DNA of 64,000 nt from an uncultured Chitinophaga sp. GTDB lineage: Bacteria > Bacteroidota > Bacteroidia > Chitinophagales > LD1. The stretch lies in assembly GCA_964493695.1 (NCBI GenBank), contig CAZBPG010000004.1, positions 40,466-104,465 of the forward strand, read 5' to 3'. Below the pieces are notes generated by a model, which worked only from the letters and a program-made list of their open reading frames with translations, made no database searches and was not told the DNA's origin. Positions 1-15,000 of this stretch are shown piece after piece. A program made the position numbers and the translations under genes. Position 1 is the first letter of the stretch, and every line of letters begins with the position of its first letter.

Positions 1-3000
1 CCGATTGTTTTGACCGATCCCTCAAATCCATCGTCACCAACAAACGTAATCGCCAGCCCGAATCCTATTTGTATAAACAACACGTTAACCCTCTCCGCTA
101 CAGGTTCAAGTCTTTCATGGACAGGGCCTTCGAGTTATTCAGCTACCGGCTCACCGGTAACGCGCCTGATAACTACGACACTTTTTGGTGGAACATACTC
201 GGTAACTCAAACAGTTGCCAATTGTACTTCTGCTCCGGCAACCGTAACGGTGGTGGTAAAGCCTACACCTGGCATTACTTCCACTAGCTTTACTAATCCA
301 ACCACTTGTGGCGGAACTAACGGTAGCATTACCTTAAATGGTCTGTTTGCCGATTCTACCTACAGTGTAACTTATGACAAGAATAGCGTGGCACAAGGTC
401 CATTTACTATTGCAGCTAACGGAAGCGGACAGGTAGTTATATCAGGATTAACTGCGGGTACTTACTCAAACTTTGTTGTTACGCTTAGCGGATGTCCTTC
501 AAATCCTGTTATCGGAAGTATAACCTTAACTGATCCTTCTAATCCGCCAGCCCCAACTAATGTAACCGCCTCCCCCAATCCGATTTGTTCAGGCAACACA
601 CTTACCCTGAGTGCCACCGGTTCAAACTTAGCTTGGACCGGTCCATTATCATACAGTGGTTCAGGCTCGCCTGTTACAATTTCTATAACTGCTGTAACGC
701 AGGGGGGGATTTATTCAGTAACACAAACTGTGGCTAACTGTGTTTCACCTCCTGCAACAGTTACGGTAGTGGTTAATCCTACTCCGATAATCACTTCTAC
801 TTCGGGTGCTAATCCGACAACCTGTGGCGGAACCGAAGGAACAATAACCTTGAGCGGCCTTAATACAAGTACAAGCTATACAGTAAACTACAATAAAAAC
901 GCCAGCCCGGTAGGTCCGGTGCTAATTAGCACCAATGTAAGCGGTCAGTTGGTAATCACCGGTTTAACAGCCGGAACCTACTCTAACATAGTTGTTACTT
1001 TAACAGGTTGCCCTTCAGCGGCAGCAGGCCCAATTACTTTAACGGATCCTGCTAATCCGGCAGCTCCTGTAGCTACCAACAGTGGCCCTTCATGTTATGG
1101 AGATACACTGAAGTTGTTTGCCTCAAATGTTCTGAACGGAACTTACGTATGGACTGGTCCGGGCGGATATACTTCAACCGAACAAAATCCAATTCGTGTA
1201 AATGCAACACCTGCTATGAGTGGGGTTTACTCGGTGGTAGTTACCGTTGCAAATTGTAATTCAACACCTGCCACTACTTCAGTAACGGTAGCTTCCTGCC
1301 CTCCGGTGGCGGTTAATGATAACTACAGCACTAATGAAGACCAATCTCTAACGGTTAGTGCTCCGGGAGTTCTTACCAACGATTACGATCCTGCCAATCC
1401 TCAGCAGCCAATTACAGCTAACACAACTCCGGTATCAAATCCGGTTCATGGCACTGTTACGTTGAATGCTGACGGTAGTTTTACTTATACACCGTCTGCA
1501 AACTTTAACGGATTAGATTCTTTCATTTACAGCATTTGCGATAACGAAGCACCGCCAGCGTGTGATACTGCTACCGTTTATATTACGGTAGTTCCGGTGA
1601 ACGACCCACCGGTAGTTCCTGATACAACGGTTACCACACCGGAAGATACAGCAATTACAGTTTGTATTCCGATTACAGACCCTGAAAGCGGCACACAAAG
1701 CCATTTGATTCAAAGCATTTATTGCGGACCTAGTAACGGAACTATTGGAAGTGCTACAATTAATAACGGCTTGTTGCCGCATACGCTTTGCGTAACTTAT
1801 AATCCTAACCTGAACTTTAACGGAACAGATTCAATTTGTTTGGTGATTTGCGATAACGGCACACCGCAGCTTTGCGACACTACCAAGGTTACAATAATTG
1901 TAACCCCGGTGAACGACCCGCCAATAGCCGTTGAAGATTATTATGTTTCATGTTTGGATACAGCTATTGTGAAAAATGTAATGACTAATGACTCGGATGT
2001 AGATGGCCCAGCGTTGGCAGTAACCGGTGCTTTATGGGGGCCAAGCATCGGAACATTGTCGTTGTTTGCAAACGGCTCATTTACCTATACTCCAACACCG
2101 TTCTTTAATTCACTTGATTCGTTCTCTTATAGAATTTGTGATAATGGAACTCCGAATTTGTGTGATACGGCTGTTGTGATATTGGATTATACCTGCACAA
2201 ATACTCCACCGGTGGCGGTTAACGATAACTACACCATACCCGAAGACGACACACTAATTGGAAATGTTTCAACCAACGACTACGACCCGAACGGAGACAG
2301 TTTGATTTACAACACTACTCCGGTTGCTGGTGTTTCGCATGGTTCGCTTACATTAAACAATGACGGAACCTTTACATACGTTCCTACACCGAATTATTTT
2401 GGACCTGATTCGTTTGTTTATTCGGTTTGTGATAATGGTGTGCCGCCACTTTGTGATACTGCCACCGCATACATTACGGTGATACCGGTGAACGATCCGC
2501 CATATATACCTGACACCACGGTAACAACACCTGAAGATACACCTACCACAGTTTGTATTGAGATCACGGATATTGACGTAACCAATACTCACGTTTCGAT
2601 AGTTGGTTGTAACCCCGCTAACGGAAGTTTGAGTAGTCTGTCAGTAAACAACTTGTCAAATCCACATTTAGTTTGTGTTACCTACTCCCCCAATACCAAC
2701 TTTAACGGAACTGATTCGTTCTGCATTGTAGTGTGCGATAACGGAGTACCTTCTGCTTGTGATACCTCAGTAGTTACCATCATCGTAACACCGGTGAACG
2801 ACCCACCTGTTGCAAACAATGATAACTATTCAACTAATGAAGATACTCAACTTAATGTGGGGGCGCCTGGTGTGCAATCAAATGATAGCGACCCTGACGG
2901 TACAACCCTTACTTCTACTTTGGTGAGTGGAACGTCTAATGGTTCGGTTACCCTGAATCCAAATGGTTCGTTTACTTATACTCCCAATACAAACTTTACA

Positions 3001-6000
3001 GGCACCGATACATTTGTATATTCTGTTTGCGATGCAGGCATTCCATTACCTCCCCTCTGCGACACAGCTATTGTGGTTATTACCGTTAATCCGGTAAACG
3101 ATCCTCCGTTTATTCCTGATACAACTGTAACTACACCGGAAGATACCCCGACTACTGTATGCATTCCAATCACGGACCCTGAAACGACTACGCAAATTCA
3201 CTTAGCGTTTCTTTGTGATAATCCCAATAGTGGAAGTATAACGGCACCTTCAGTAAATCTGGCATCTAACCCGCATACAGTTTGTGTTACTTATACACCA
3301 AATACAAACTTTAACGGCACAGATTCTTTCTGCGTGATTGTTTGCGATAACGGTAACCCTATATTGTGTGACACTTCTATAGTTACTATTGTGGTAACTC
3401 CTGTAAACGATCCACCGGTTGCCAATAATGATAATTATTCAACTGGCGAGGATACTCCTTTGAACGTAGGTGCTCCGGGTGTGCAGTCGAACGATAGCGA
3501 CCCTGATGGAACTACGCTTACATCAACCATTGTTACAGGAACATCTAATGGTTCTGTAACGCTGAACCCGAACGGTTCATTTACCTATACACCGGATGCG
3601 AACTTTAACGGAACGGATACTTTTGTTTACTCAATTTGTGATGCCGGTATTCCATTGCCTCCGCTTTGCGATACAGCTATAGTGGTTATTACTGTTAATC
3701 CGCAAAACGATCCGCCATACGTTCCTGATACTACTGTTACCACACCGGAAGATACAGCGATAACTGTCTGTCTTCCTATTTCGGACGGAGATGTTGGACA
3801 GCAATACATTGCTACCATTTGTGGAACACCGGCTAACGGATTGATAACCTTTGGACCGGTAGTGAACAATGGTTCTATTCCTCCAACAGTTTGCGTAACA
3901 TACACACCAAATACAAACTTTAATGGAATTGATTCATTGTGTATTACTGTTTGTGATAATGGCATTCCGTTCCTGTGCGATAATTCAATAGTCAAGATCA
4001 ATGTAACACCGGTAAACGACCCACCGGTGGCTAACAACGATAGTTATACTACTCCGGAAGATACTCCGTTGAATGTTACACCTTCAGGTGTGTTGGGTAA
4101 TGACAATGATCCTGATGGAACAGCGCTTACATCAACTTTGATAGACAGCACTTCAAACGGCTCACTTGTACTGAATGGAAACGGTTCATTTACGTACGTT
4201 CCAAACAGTAATTACAATGGAACGGATACTTTCTACTATTCTGCCTGCGATGCCGGAATTCCGTTGCCTTCACTTTGCGATACTGCTATGGTGGTTATTA
4301 CAGTAACCCCGGGTAACGATCCTCCGGAGATTCCTGACACCACGGTAACAACGTGCGAAGACTGTCCGATAACTGTTTGCTTACCGATAACGGATACCGA
4401 TTCGTTGGATGTACACTCGTATACCAGTTTGTGCCCTGGCCAAAATGGCACAGTAACAGGAACAACCATTAATCAATCTACTAACACACTTTGCTTTACC
4501 TATACTCCGTACCTGAACGTGAACGGAAGTGATACTGTATGCTTCATAGTGTGCGATAACGGAACACCGCAGGGATGTGATACTACTACTATCACTATTC
4601 TGATAACACCTGTGAATGATCCGCCATATGCGGATACTATTTACGTGGTAACTTTCGAAAATCAACCGGTTGGAGTAAACGTAGCTTCAGCTACCGGTGA
4701 TCCGGAAGGGAATCCTCTTTCTTACAGCTACTATGGAGTTATTCCGGGTGGTGGCACGTACGGAATTACAGGTAACGGAGCTATTGTAGTTTATCCAAAT
4801 CCAGGTTTTACCGGAACGTTTGCTATCCCTTACTCTGTGTGTGACTTAAGTCCATATCCGGTGAATATCCTTTGTGATAGTGCTGCAATAATTGTTACCG
4901 TATTGCCTGAAGGTGATACGCTGATTAACCACTCTCCGGTTGCCAGCAACGATTATGTAACTACTTCGTTGAATACTCCTGTGGTTGTAAATGAATTAGC
5001 CAATGATTATGATCCGGATGGTGATGCTTTACAGGTTACTGTAACCTGTACACCTGATGACGGAAACTATACGGTGAATCCGAACGGAACAATCAATTAC
5101 TTCCCTGATAACGGATTCTTCGGGTTTGATACTATTTGCTATACCATATGCGATCCTACAGCTGTTAATAATCCAAAGCCGCTGTGTGATAATGCTATAG
5201 TGGTAATCTATGTTTCAACCGATTCTACTTCGTTCGAAAATGACCCGCCTGTGGCTGTTGATGATTTTGCTTATATCTGTGCTGATGCAAACGCTACATT
5301 GAATCTGTTGCTGAATGATAACGATCCGAATGGTGATGCCATCACTTCGGTAAGTATTATTGATAACGTTGATTATGGGGTTCTCTCAAATGCCGGGTTC
5401 GGATTCTATGTTTATACTCCAAATGGCAGTGCAGCACTTAACGATACCTTGCTGTATGAAATATGTGATAACGGAACACCATCATTGTGTGATACCGGTA
5501 TGGCTGTTATCTTCATTAATGCAACACCGGTTGTTACTCCTTCAGTTGGCTCTGCAATAGTTTGCAGCAACGATAATGTAAACATCACCTTTACTTCCAG
5601 TGTTCCGGGAACTGTTATTTCGTGGACTGCTACTAACGGAACAAGCGGAACAGGAAACATTAATACAGTGTTGACCAATAACACTTCGGTTGATCAGGTA
5701 GTTACTTACACCGTAAGTGGAACTACAGGCTTTGGTTGTGGAAGTTCTGCTCTCATAATTCCTGTTACGGTTAAGCCGCGTCCGGTGATTACGTTCACTT
5801 CAAATGGAAGTATCTTCTGTTCGGGTGAGCAGGTGGTGATTAACGCCAACTCAAATATTGCGGGAACAACTTATACTTGGTCAGGAACTAACGGATCGAG
5901 TGGCACGGGAAGTTTGATTTCAGATAATCCGGTTAACAGCGGAACCGCAAACATTACGGTAACATACACCATAATACCTACTTACAATGGTTGCGTTGGT

Positions 6001-9000
6001 AATACGTTGGCTGTAGATGTTACCGTTAAGCCGCAACCATCTCTTACGGTTAACCCTGCTACACAGACAATATGTAGTGGAGCACCAATCAGCATTGCCA
6101 TTACCCCAAGTATTTCAGGAACATCTGTGAATTGGTTTGGCAGCAATGGAAACAGCGGGAACTCATTAACTATAAATGATTCTCCATTCAACTTTGGCTC
6201 ATCCAATATTACTGTCACTTATACAGTGAATGGTAACTACAACGGATGTCCTGCCAATACAGTATTTGCTACAGTGGTTGTTCGTCCTCGCGTAGTTGCT
6301 GATGCCGGTCAGGATAAAACTGTAGTAGCTTGTACGGGAAGTTGTGTGATTATCGGAAGTTCACCTACCGGTGCAGGAGGTTCAGGAACACTCGCGTATG
6401 CATGGAGTCCTTCAGCCGGACTGAACGATAGCACCCTTGCTAATCCAACTGCTTGTGGTCTGTTGGTAAATACTACTTATACGGTGATTGTTTCTGACGG
6501 AAGCGGATGTTCAGCTACCGATCAGGTCACTATCACTTCTACACCAAATCCATTGTCGGCAGAAGCCGGTGCGGGTGGTGCATTATGTTTGGGTTCTGGC
6601 GACAGTGTTATGTTAGGCGGATTCCCAACAGCAGTTGGAGGAGTTGCCCCATATACATATACATGGTCACCGTTGACGGGTTTGAATCTTACGAATAATG
6701 CCAACCCGGATGCATTCCCGACAACTACAACGGAGTACTTTGTTACAGTGACCGACCAGATTGGTTGTCAATCGGTAGACTCAACGGTTGTTACAGTTTA
6801 TCCTGTACTTGTTGCAAATGCAGGAGCAGATACAACAGTTTGCGCAACATTTGCGGCACAGTTAGGAGGTACACCTACTGCATCTGGAGGAAGCGGAACC
6901 GGATATACATACATCTGGTCGCCAACAGTTGGAATTAGTAATGTAAACGATGCTAATCCTACAGCAACTCCGGCCGTTCTTACAACCTACTCGGTTTATG
7001 TGGCAGATGGCAACGGCTGTACTGCTACAGACAATGTGATTGTTACTGTTCATTCCAACCCAACAGCACATGCAGGACCTGATAAAACAATTGTAACGTG
7101 TTCAGGAGATAGCACTACAATTGGTGATGTCCCTGCGGTTACCGGTGGAACAGGACCATATACCTATAGCTGGACACCAGCTATAGGTTTAAGCAATGAT
7201 ACAATAGCCAATCCGGTGGTGAAGGGAATTACCGTTACTACTACGTACATGCTTTCAATAACAGATGCTAACGGTTGTGTAAGCACGGATAACGTTACTG
7301 TGAATGTAGTTACCAATACATTGCAGGCACAGGCCGGTCCTGATGAAGCTGTATGTAGCAATAATAATTGCGTTCAGGTTGGTGGAATTCCAACAGCAGT
7401 AGGTGGTACGCCACCTTATGTTTACGATTGGTCAAACGGCACCTCGCTGTCAGATTCAACAGCAAGTAATCCTTTAGCTTGTCCTTCCTCAACTACTACT
7501 TACACTGTTGTAGTTACCGACAGCAAAGGTTGCACAGCAACAGATGCAGAAACGGTTACAGTGAATCCTTCGCCAAGTGCAAATGCAGGACCTGATACAT
7601 CGGTTTGTTCGGGAAGTTCTATTGCGATAGGCGGTGCGCCAACAGCAACCGGAGGAACTCCCGGATATGCTTACTCATGGAATCCTACTGTTGGTTTATC
7701 TCTGCCAAATGTTGCTAATCCTTCTGCTTCACCGGTTGTTGTTACAACATACCAACTCATAGTGACCGATGCTAAGGGATGTGCTGCATTGGATGAAGTG
7801 ACTGTAACACCTAGACCTAATCCGGTTGTGGATGCAGGTGCTGACAAGACGCTTGTGTCTTGTGTTGCAGATACTGCTTTCATGCTTGTGAATGTTACGG
7901 GAGGAACTTCACCTTATTCGTTTGTATGGTCTCCTGCTACAGGTTTAAGCAGTTCAACTGTTCAAAATCCTTATGCTACAGGTTTGACAGTTACGACTTC
8001 ATATCAGGTTGCTGCAACCGACACATTTGGTTGTTCGGCTACTGATTTTATTGTGGTAAATGTAGTGCAAAGTACTTTGCAGGCTGATGCCGGTAATGAC
8101 GGACAACTTTGCGGTAATTCAGGAAGTTCGGTTAGCTTAGGAGGAATACCAACGGCAGTTGGTGGAACTTCACCATATACTTATAACTGGGGTACCTCAA
8201 CTTCGTCTGTTAGTAACCTGCCCAACCCAACGGTTTCACCAACTGTTACAACAACTTATTATGTAACCGTAACCGATTCGAAAGGTTGTACATCGGTAGA
8301 TTCTGTAACAGTTGTATTCAATCCGGCACCTTCAGCAGATGCAGGCACGGATACAACAATGTGTTCGGGCTTCTGTGTAACCATAGGCGGTACCCCTGCA
8401 ACAGTTGGTGGTACTGGCCCTTATCAGTTCTTATGGAGTCCTACTGTAGGATTGAATTCAAATAATAATCCTAATCCATTGGCTTGTCCTTTAGTTACAA
8501 CTACTTATAATTTGTTGGTGACTGACGCCAACGGTTGTCAATCAAGCGATGCAGTTACGATAACTATACTTTCTAATCCTACAGCCAATGCTGGTCCTGA
8601 TCAAACTCTGGTAAACTGCTCTTCAGACAGTATAACTATTGGCGGGTCTCCGGCAGCAAGCGGTGGGGCAGGTGGGTATGCTTATTCATGGAGTCCGTCC
8701 GGAGGATTAAGTGCAGATTCAATTGCCAATCCTTTTGTTAAAGGAATTAACGTATCGCAACTCTATACTTTAGTAGTAACCGATTTATACGGTTGTTCTG
8801 CAGAAGATGCTGTGGTGGTGAATGTGGTTCCGGGTAACCTTACAGCTGAGGCGGGATCGGGCGGTTCATACTGCCAGGGTATAGGCGGAAGTGTAACATT
8901 AGGAGGAGTGCCTACTGCGGTTGGCGGAACTCCTTCCTATAGTTATTCATGGTCCGGTGGATTGTCACCAGTGGCAAATCCTGTTGCCTCACCAGCGTCA

Positions 9001-12000
9001 ACTACTACTTATTACGTCACCGTATCTGATAGTAAAGGATGTATTGCTGTTGATTCTGTAACGGTGACAGTGAATCCTGCGCCAATGGCTAATGCCGGTG
9101 CAGATACGACTCTGTGCGGAGGTCTTTCAGTTATGTTAGGTGGAGAACCAACCGCATCGGGAGGAACACCGGGATATACTTATGTGTGGGCTCCCTCTAC
9201 AGGATTGAGTAATTCAGCTGCGTCTAATCCTACAGCAACTCCTAATGCTACTACAACTTACACAGTAAGAGTAACCGATGCTAACGGATGCTCTGCTTCC
9301 GATGCCGTACAGGTGACTATTTTGGCATTGCCGGTAGCTGATGCAGGTGCTGACCAAACTTTAGTGGCTTGCTCTGCGGATAGTGTCCAAATTGGAGGGT
9401 CACCTTCAGCTTCAGGAGGGACAACACCATATACTTACGATTGGTCACCTAACGGTGGATTGTCAGACACTTCGGCATCTAATCCATATGTAAGCCTTTT
9501 GGGTTCTAGTACTACTTTTACTTTGGTGGTAACCAGCAACAATGGGTGCAGTGCTTCTGATCAGGTAACTGTTAATGTAAACAACAGCACATTAGTGGCT
9601 GAGGCAGGAAACGATGTTGCTTTCTGTGAAGGAGCTTCGGTTTCCATTACATTAGGTGGTAGTCCGACAGCGGTTGGCGGAACAGCACCATTTAGTTATT
9701 CATGGTCTCCGGCAACGGGATTAAGCAGTACTTCTGCCGCAAACCCTGTTGCTACTCCGTTAGTTACTACAACCTATAGTGTAATTGTTACAGATGCTAC
9801 CGGATGTGTTGCCGGAGATACCGTTCGTATTACCATCAATCCTCGTCCGGTGGTTAGTGCCGGATTGGCAGATACGGTTTGCGCAGGAAGTGCTATTCAA
9901 ATTGGAGGAACACCTACTGCAAGTGGCGGAACAGGTTCTTATTCTTATAGCTGGAATCTTGGTTTACCTGCAGTTGCAAATCCGATTATTAACCCGATTG
10001 CTACACTAACATATGTAGTTACTGTAACTGATTCATTGGGTTGCAGTAATAACGGAAGCGTTACTATTAAGGTTAATCAAAATCCAACAGCAGATGCGGG
10101 CGCTGACCAGACAGTAGTTGCATGTCCTGATGCATGTGTAACCTTAGGTGGTTCACCTACTTCTACCGGTGGTGGTGGAGGTTACTTATATGCATGGGCT
10201 CCTTCAGCCGGATTGAACAATACAGGTTTGTCGAATCCTTCCGCATGTAATTTATCACAATCGCTTACCTATAATTTGACTGTGACTGATGCTAATGGAT
10301 GCACAGCGATTGACCAGGTTTCAGTAACCGTTAATCAATCAACTTTAGCAGCCGATGCTGGAAACGATAAAAGTATCTGTGCCGGTCAACCAATCTGTAT
10401 TACCATAGGTGGCACGAATGCGGTTTCGGGAGGAACCAGCCCGTATGTCATCGATTGGTCACCGGTTGCGGGAATATGTAACTCAAATGTTATTCCGAAC
10501 CCGGATGTAAACCCAACAGATACTACAACGTATGTATTGCTTGTTACAGATGCACTCGGTTGTATTGCTGTCGACTCAATGGTAGTATACGCAAACCCTG
10601 CAGTAACAGCTTCGGTTTCTCCGGATACAGCAATTTGTCAGGGAGGCTCAGCTTTACTTGGCAGTTCCCCTACAGGCAGCGGAGGAACAAGTCCATTCAC
10701 ATATTCGTGGAACCCAGGTTCCGGATTAAACAACACAACTTCTGCTAATCCTATAGCAAGCCCGTCAGCCACTACTTCTTATTGCGTAACAGTAACCGAT
10801 GCAGTTGGATGTTCATCCTCTACCTGCCAGACAGTTACCGTAAATGCAGGGGTAACAGCCGATGCCGGTCAGGATAGAACAATTACAGAATGTCCCGGAG
10901 CATTTACTATTCTGGGTGGTTCACCGACAGGTTCAGGTGGTTCAAATAATTATTCATACGCGTGGTCTCCGACTGCTAATCTTAACGGATCTACTATACC
11001 AAATCCAATAGCAACAGGACTGACGGTTACCACTACATTTACTGTAACGGTAACTGACAATGCTACAGGATGTTTCTCAACCGATCAGGTTGTTGTAACA
11101 GTGCTGAAAACAAATTTAGGAGTTGATGCGGGTTCGAATAAAGTGTTCTGCGCAAACAGTACAGGTTGTGTTGTCATTGGTGGTAATCCTACTGCAATTG
11201 GCGGTCAGCCACCTTATATCTATCAGTGGGCTCCGGTTACCGGAATGAACGATCCTACTATTGCGAATCCGTGTGTGGCACCAATTAATACCACACAATA
11301 TCTTGTAACCGTAACTGATCAGTTGGGTTGCTTTGAAGTTGACTCAATGACTGTTATTGTTAGTCCGTTGATCGCGGTTAATGCAGGAAATGATACTTCC
11401 ATCTGTACAGCCACATCTGTGATTCTTGGAGGTAACCCTCCTGCTGTAGGAGGAACCACACCATACACTTATGCATGGAGTTTGGGTGCATTTCCAAGTA
11501 GTTCTGCTCACCCGACCGCTACACCTGTTTCAAACAGTAGCTACACATTAGTGGTGACAGACTCATTAGGATGTTCATCTTCAGACATTGTGAATGTTGC
11601 ACTTCGTCCGTTGCCAACAGCAAGCGCAGGACCGGATGCCACCATTACAGCATGTACTGCTGATAGTGCTGTTATTGGGGGGGCACCGACAGCATCAGGA
11701 ACAACACCTCCTTATACATATGAATGGAATCCACCGGTTGCTTTGAATAATGCCAACGCATCTAATCCTGTAGTTCAGAACCTTGGATTTACCACTCTTT
11801 ATACCGTAACGGTTGTTGACACATTTGGATGTTCTGCTACTGATCAAACTCAGGTAACAGTTCTTCCTAATACTTTGTTTGCAGAAGCAGGAGTAAATAT
11901 TGGAAGTTTATGTGCTAACGTTGGAGGTTGTGTAACATTAGGAGGTAATCCTACTGTAACAGGAGGTGTTCCCGCTTATAGCTATAACTGGCTGGGTGGC

Positions 12001-15000
12001 GTGAACGATCCTACTTCGCCTAATCCGTCAGCGTGTCCTGTGGTAACTACAACTTATACGGTAATTGTAACCGATCAAGACGGATGTGAGTCTTCGGATA
12101 CAATTCAGGTAATAGTGAATGATCCGCCTAATGCGAGCGTGGTTGGATTGAATTCATCGTACTGTATAAATGATCCAAACGTAGTTATGACGGGTTCGCC
12201 TTCAGGAGGGATATTTAGCGGTCCAGGAGTTACCGGTAATGTATTTCAACCGGCTTCAGTGGGTGAAGGATACTGGTGTATTCAGTATTCATATATGGAT
12301 CCTCTGACAGGTTGTGCAGATGATACTACAATTTGTGTGACGGTTAATCCATTGCCGGCAGTTACTGCCAGCGGATTTGCTCCTGCATATTGTCGATTTG
12401 ATGCACCGGTAACCTTAGTGGGTTCTCCGGCAGGCGGAATCTTCACCGGAAGCTCTGGATTGTCGGGTGTTGATGGAAGCACTTTCGAACCTTCAACAGC
12501 AACAGTGGGTAATAACGTTATTACTTATACTTATACAGATCTTCAGAGCGGTTGCAGCAACACTTACATCTTTGTTATCAACGTAAAAGATGCACCGGCA
12601 ATCAGCATTTCGGCTTCAATCGATACATCATGTCAGGGCGCTTCGGTAACATTTACACCGGCATTCAGTTTTGATGTATTTAATATAGTTTGGAGTTTAG
12701 ATGGAGGTGGTAACATTGGTGCGGGATTGAATCCTTTTACTTATACACCTGAAACTACAGATTACTGCGTGATAGCAACAGCTATTAATACTCCTAACGG
12801 GTGTGTATCTACTGATACAATTTGCGGTCATGTGAACCAACCACCGGTTGCTAACGATGACTTTGCTGAAACATGTGAAGAGATACCTGTTCCTATTCAG
12901 GTTATTCTCAACGACACAGATCCTGAGGGAGATAACAGTGATGTAACGGTTATAACCACCGGTCATGGTAGTTCGACTGTTAGTGGAAACGTTCTTACTT
13001 ATACTTCGAATGTAGATTACTTCGGTTCAGATACCATCACTTACCAGGTGTGCAACACTGCTTGTGTAAATGCTTGCGATACAGGCACTGTAATTGTCAG
13101 CGTTTGTCCGGTGAACGACCCTCCTGTGATTACCGATGTGGTTGATACCATTTACATCAATACGAGCGACACTGTTTGTCCTCCGATTGAGGATGTGGAT
13201 GATGCTATCAATACACTTACAGTTACCACCTTCGATTGTGATACAATTAACGGGACCATCAGCGTCTTAAACGGGTGCATCGTGTATGTTCCAACTACTG
13301 ATTGGACGGGTACTCAGGTGATTTGTGTTTCGGTTTGCGATACATCGGGCACCTGTGATACCGGAACGGTAACTATTGTGGTTATTCCGGCAAATAATCC
13401 GCCAATTGCGCAAAAAGTAAGCGTAGTTACTTGTGAAAGAACAACGGTTGGTGTTAACGTGGCCTCTGCTACTACAGACCCGGACGGTAACCTGATGACC
13501 TATAGTTACGGAGCGGTGACAGGTCCTGGAACCGGAATCTGGGTGGTTACAGGAAACGGTTCGGGCGTATTTGTTGCGAACACACCGGGTGTTTACCATA
13601 TACCTTACTCTGTTTGCGATATTAGTAACATTCCTGTTTCACCACTTTGCGATACAAACGAAATTGTGGTGACTGTCATTGAGTGTGATTCTTCAAATAC
13701 ACCACCGGTTGCTACCGATGATGAAGTGATTACAACAGTAAATACCCCAATTGTTGTGAACGAATTGGCAAACGATTATGATGCCGATGGCGATCCGTTG
13801 AATGTTGCTATTATTTGTGGTCCGGGCTTGGGTCAGGCACAGGTATCGTTGAATCCTGATAATACCATTAGTTATTCATCTCCGGTAGCCGGCATTGATA
13901 CTATTTGCTATACCATCTGCGACCCATCGGGTGCTTGCGATACAGCGATTATTGTTATCCATGTCAACACAACGGTAGATGCGAACCATCCACCGGTAGC
14001 AGTTGATGACTTTGAAACTACTACTTATCAAACACCGGTAGATATCAACGTTCAGGGTAACGACCACGATCCTGATGGAAATCCGATTACAACCACTTCG
14101 ATTCCGGGTCCGCCTACCGGTGGAACAGCCACCATTAATCCGGACGGAACAATCAATTATGTTCCTACGACAGCAAATGCATACGATCCGGATACTTTCA
14201 CTTACGTGATATGCGATAATGGAAATCCTGCACTTTGCGATACTGCAACAGTGGTAGTTTACATCATCAATTCTGTGGTTGCTGTAGATGAGTGCACAGA
14301 AACAGGATATAATCACCCTGTGGTGATTAATGTGTTGAGTAATGATTACGACCCGGATATCATCGACTCCATTTGGGTTTCATCGTCATTTAATCTTCAG
14401 AATACACAGGGAACTACGTTTGTAGATTCTAAGGGAATGATTCATTACATTCCTAATTCTGATAGTTGCGGATACATTGACACATTCGCTTATATTATAC
14501 AGGATGAGGGAGGTGCTGTTGACACCGGCTACGTTTGTGTGGTGATTACCTGCTGCAAGGCTCCGATTGCTGTTATGGACACAGCACAGGTTATCTCGGG
14601 CGATTCAGTTTCCGTCAACGTTACGTTGAACGACACAATTGACGGGCCTACTCCGGTGCATGTTGTAGTTATAGGGCCATCACATGGTACTGCTTACTTT
14701 GTAGATAGCGTAAATGTGATGTATGTGCCGGATGCAGGTTATTGCGGATATGATACGTTCACCTATGCTGGTGAAAACCTTTGTGGTTTCGATACCGGAT
14801 TTGTTGTAGTGAACGTTATCTGCAACACTAAGCCTATAGCGTTTAACGATACATTCAATCTCTGCCGCTTCGATACACTTACTCTTTTCCCTGAACTGAA
14901 TGATGTGGATGCAGATGGCAACACTCTGACAATTTCAGGAATCGGAACACCAAGCAGTTCGGGTTTACTTACAGTGCTTGCTTTAACGGACAGCTCGGTG

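Noticed and set aside
1513-14316. Numerous 60-146-aa ORFs overlapping the giant adhesin gene, mostly antisense and a few in other sense frames (e.g. 3627-4037, 13267-13599, 13876-14316)
   Set aside because: All lie entirely within a 16-kb continuous coding frame with clear domain structure. Their translations are low-complexity (Cys/Arg/Ile/Asn-rich) with no motifs. They are typical shadow ORFs of a repetitive, stop-poor sequence.
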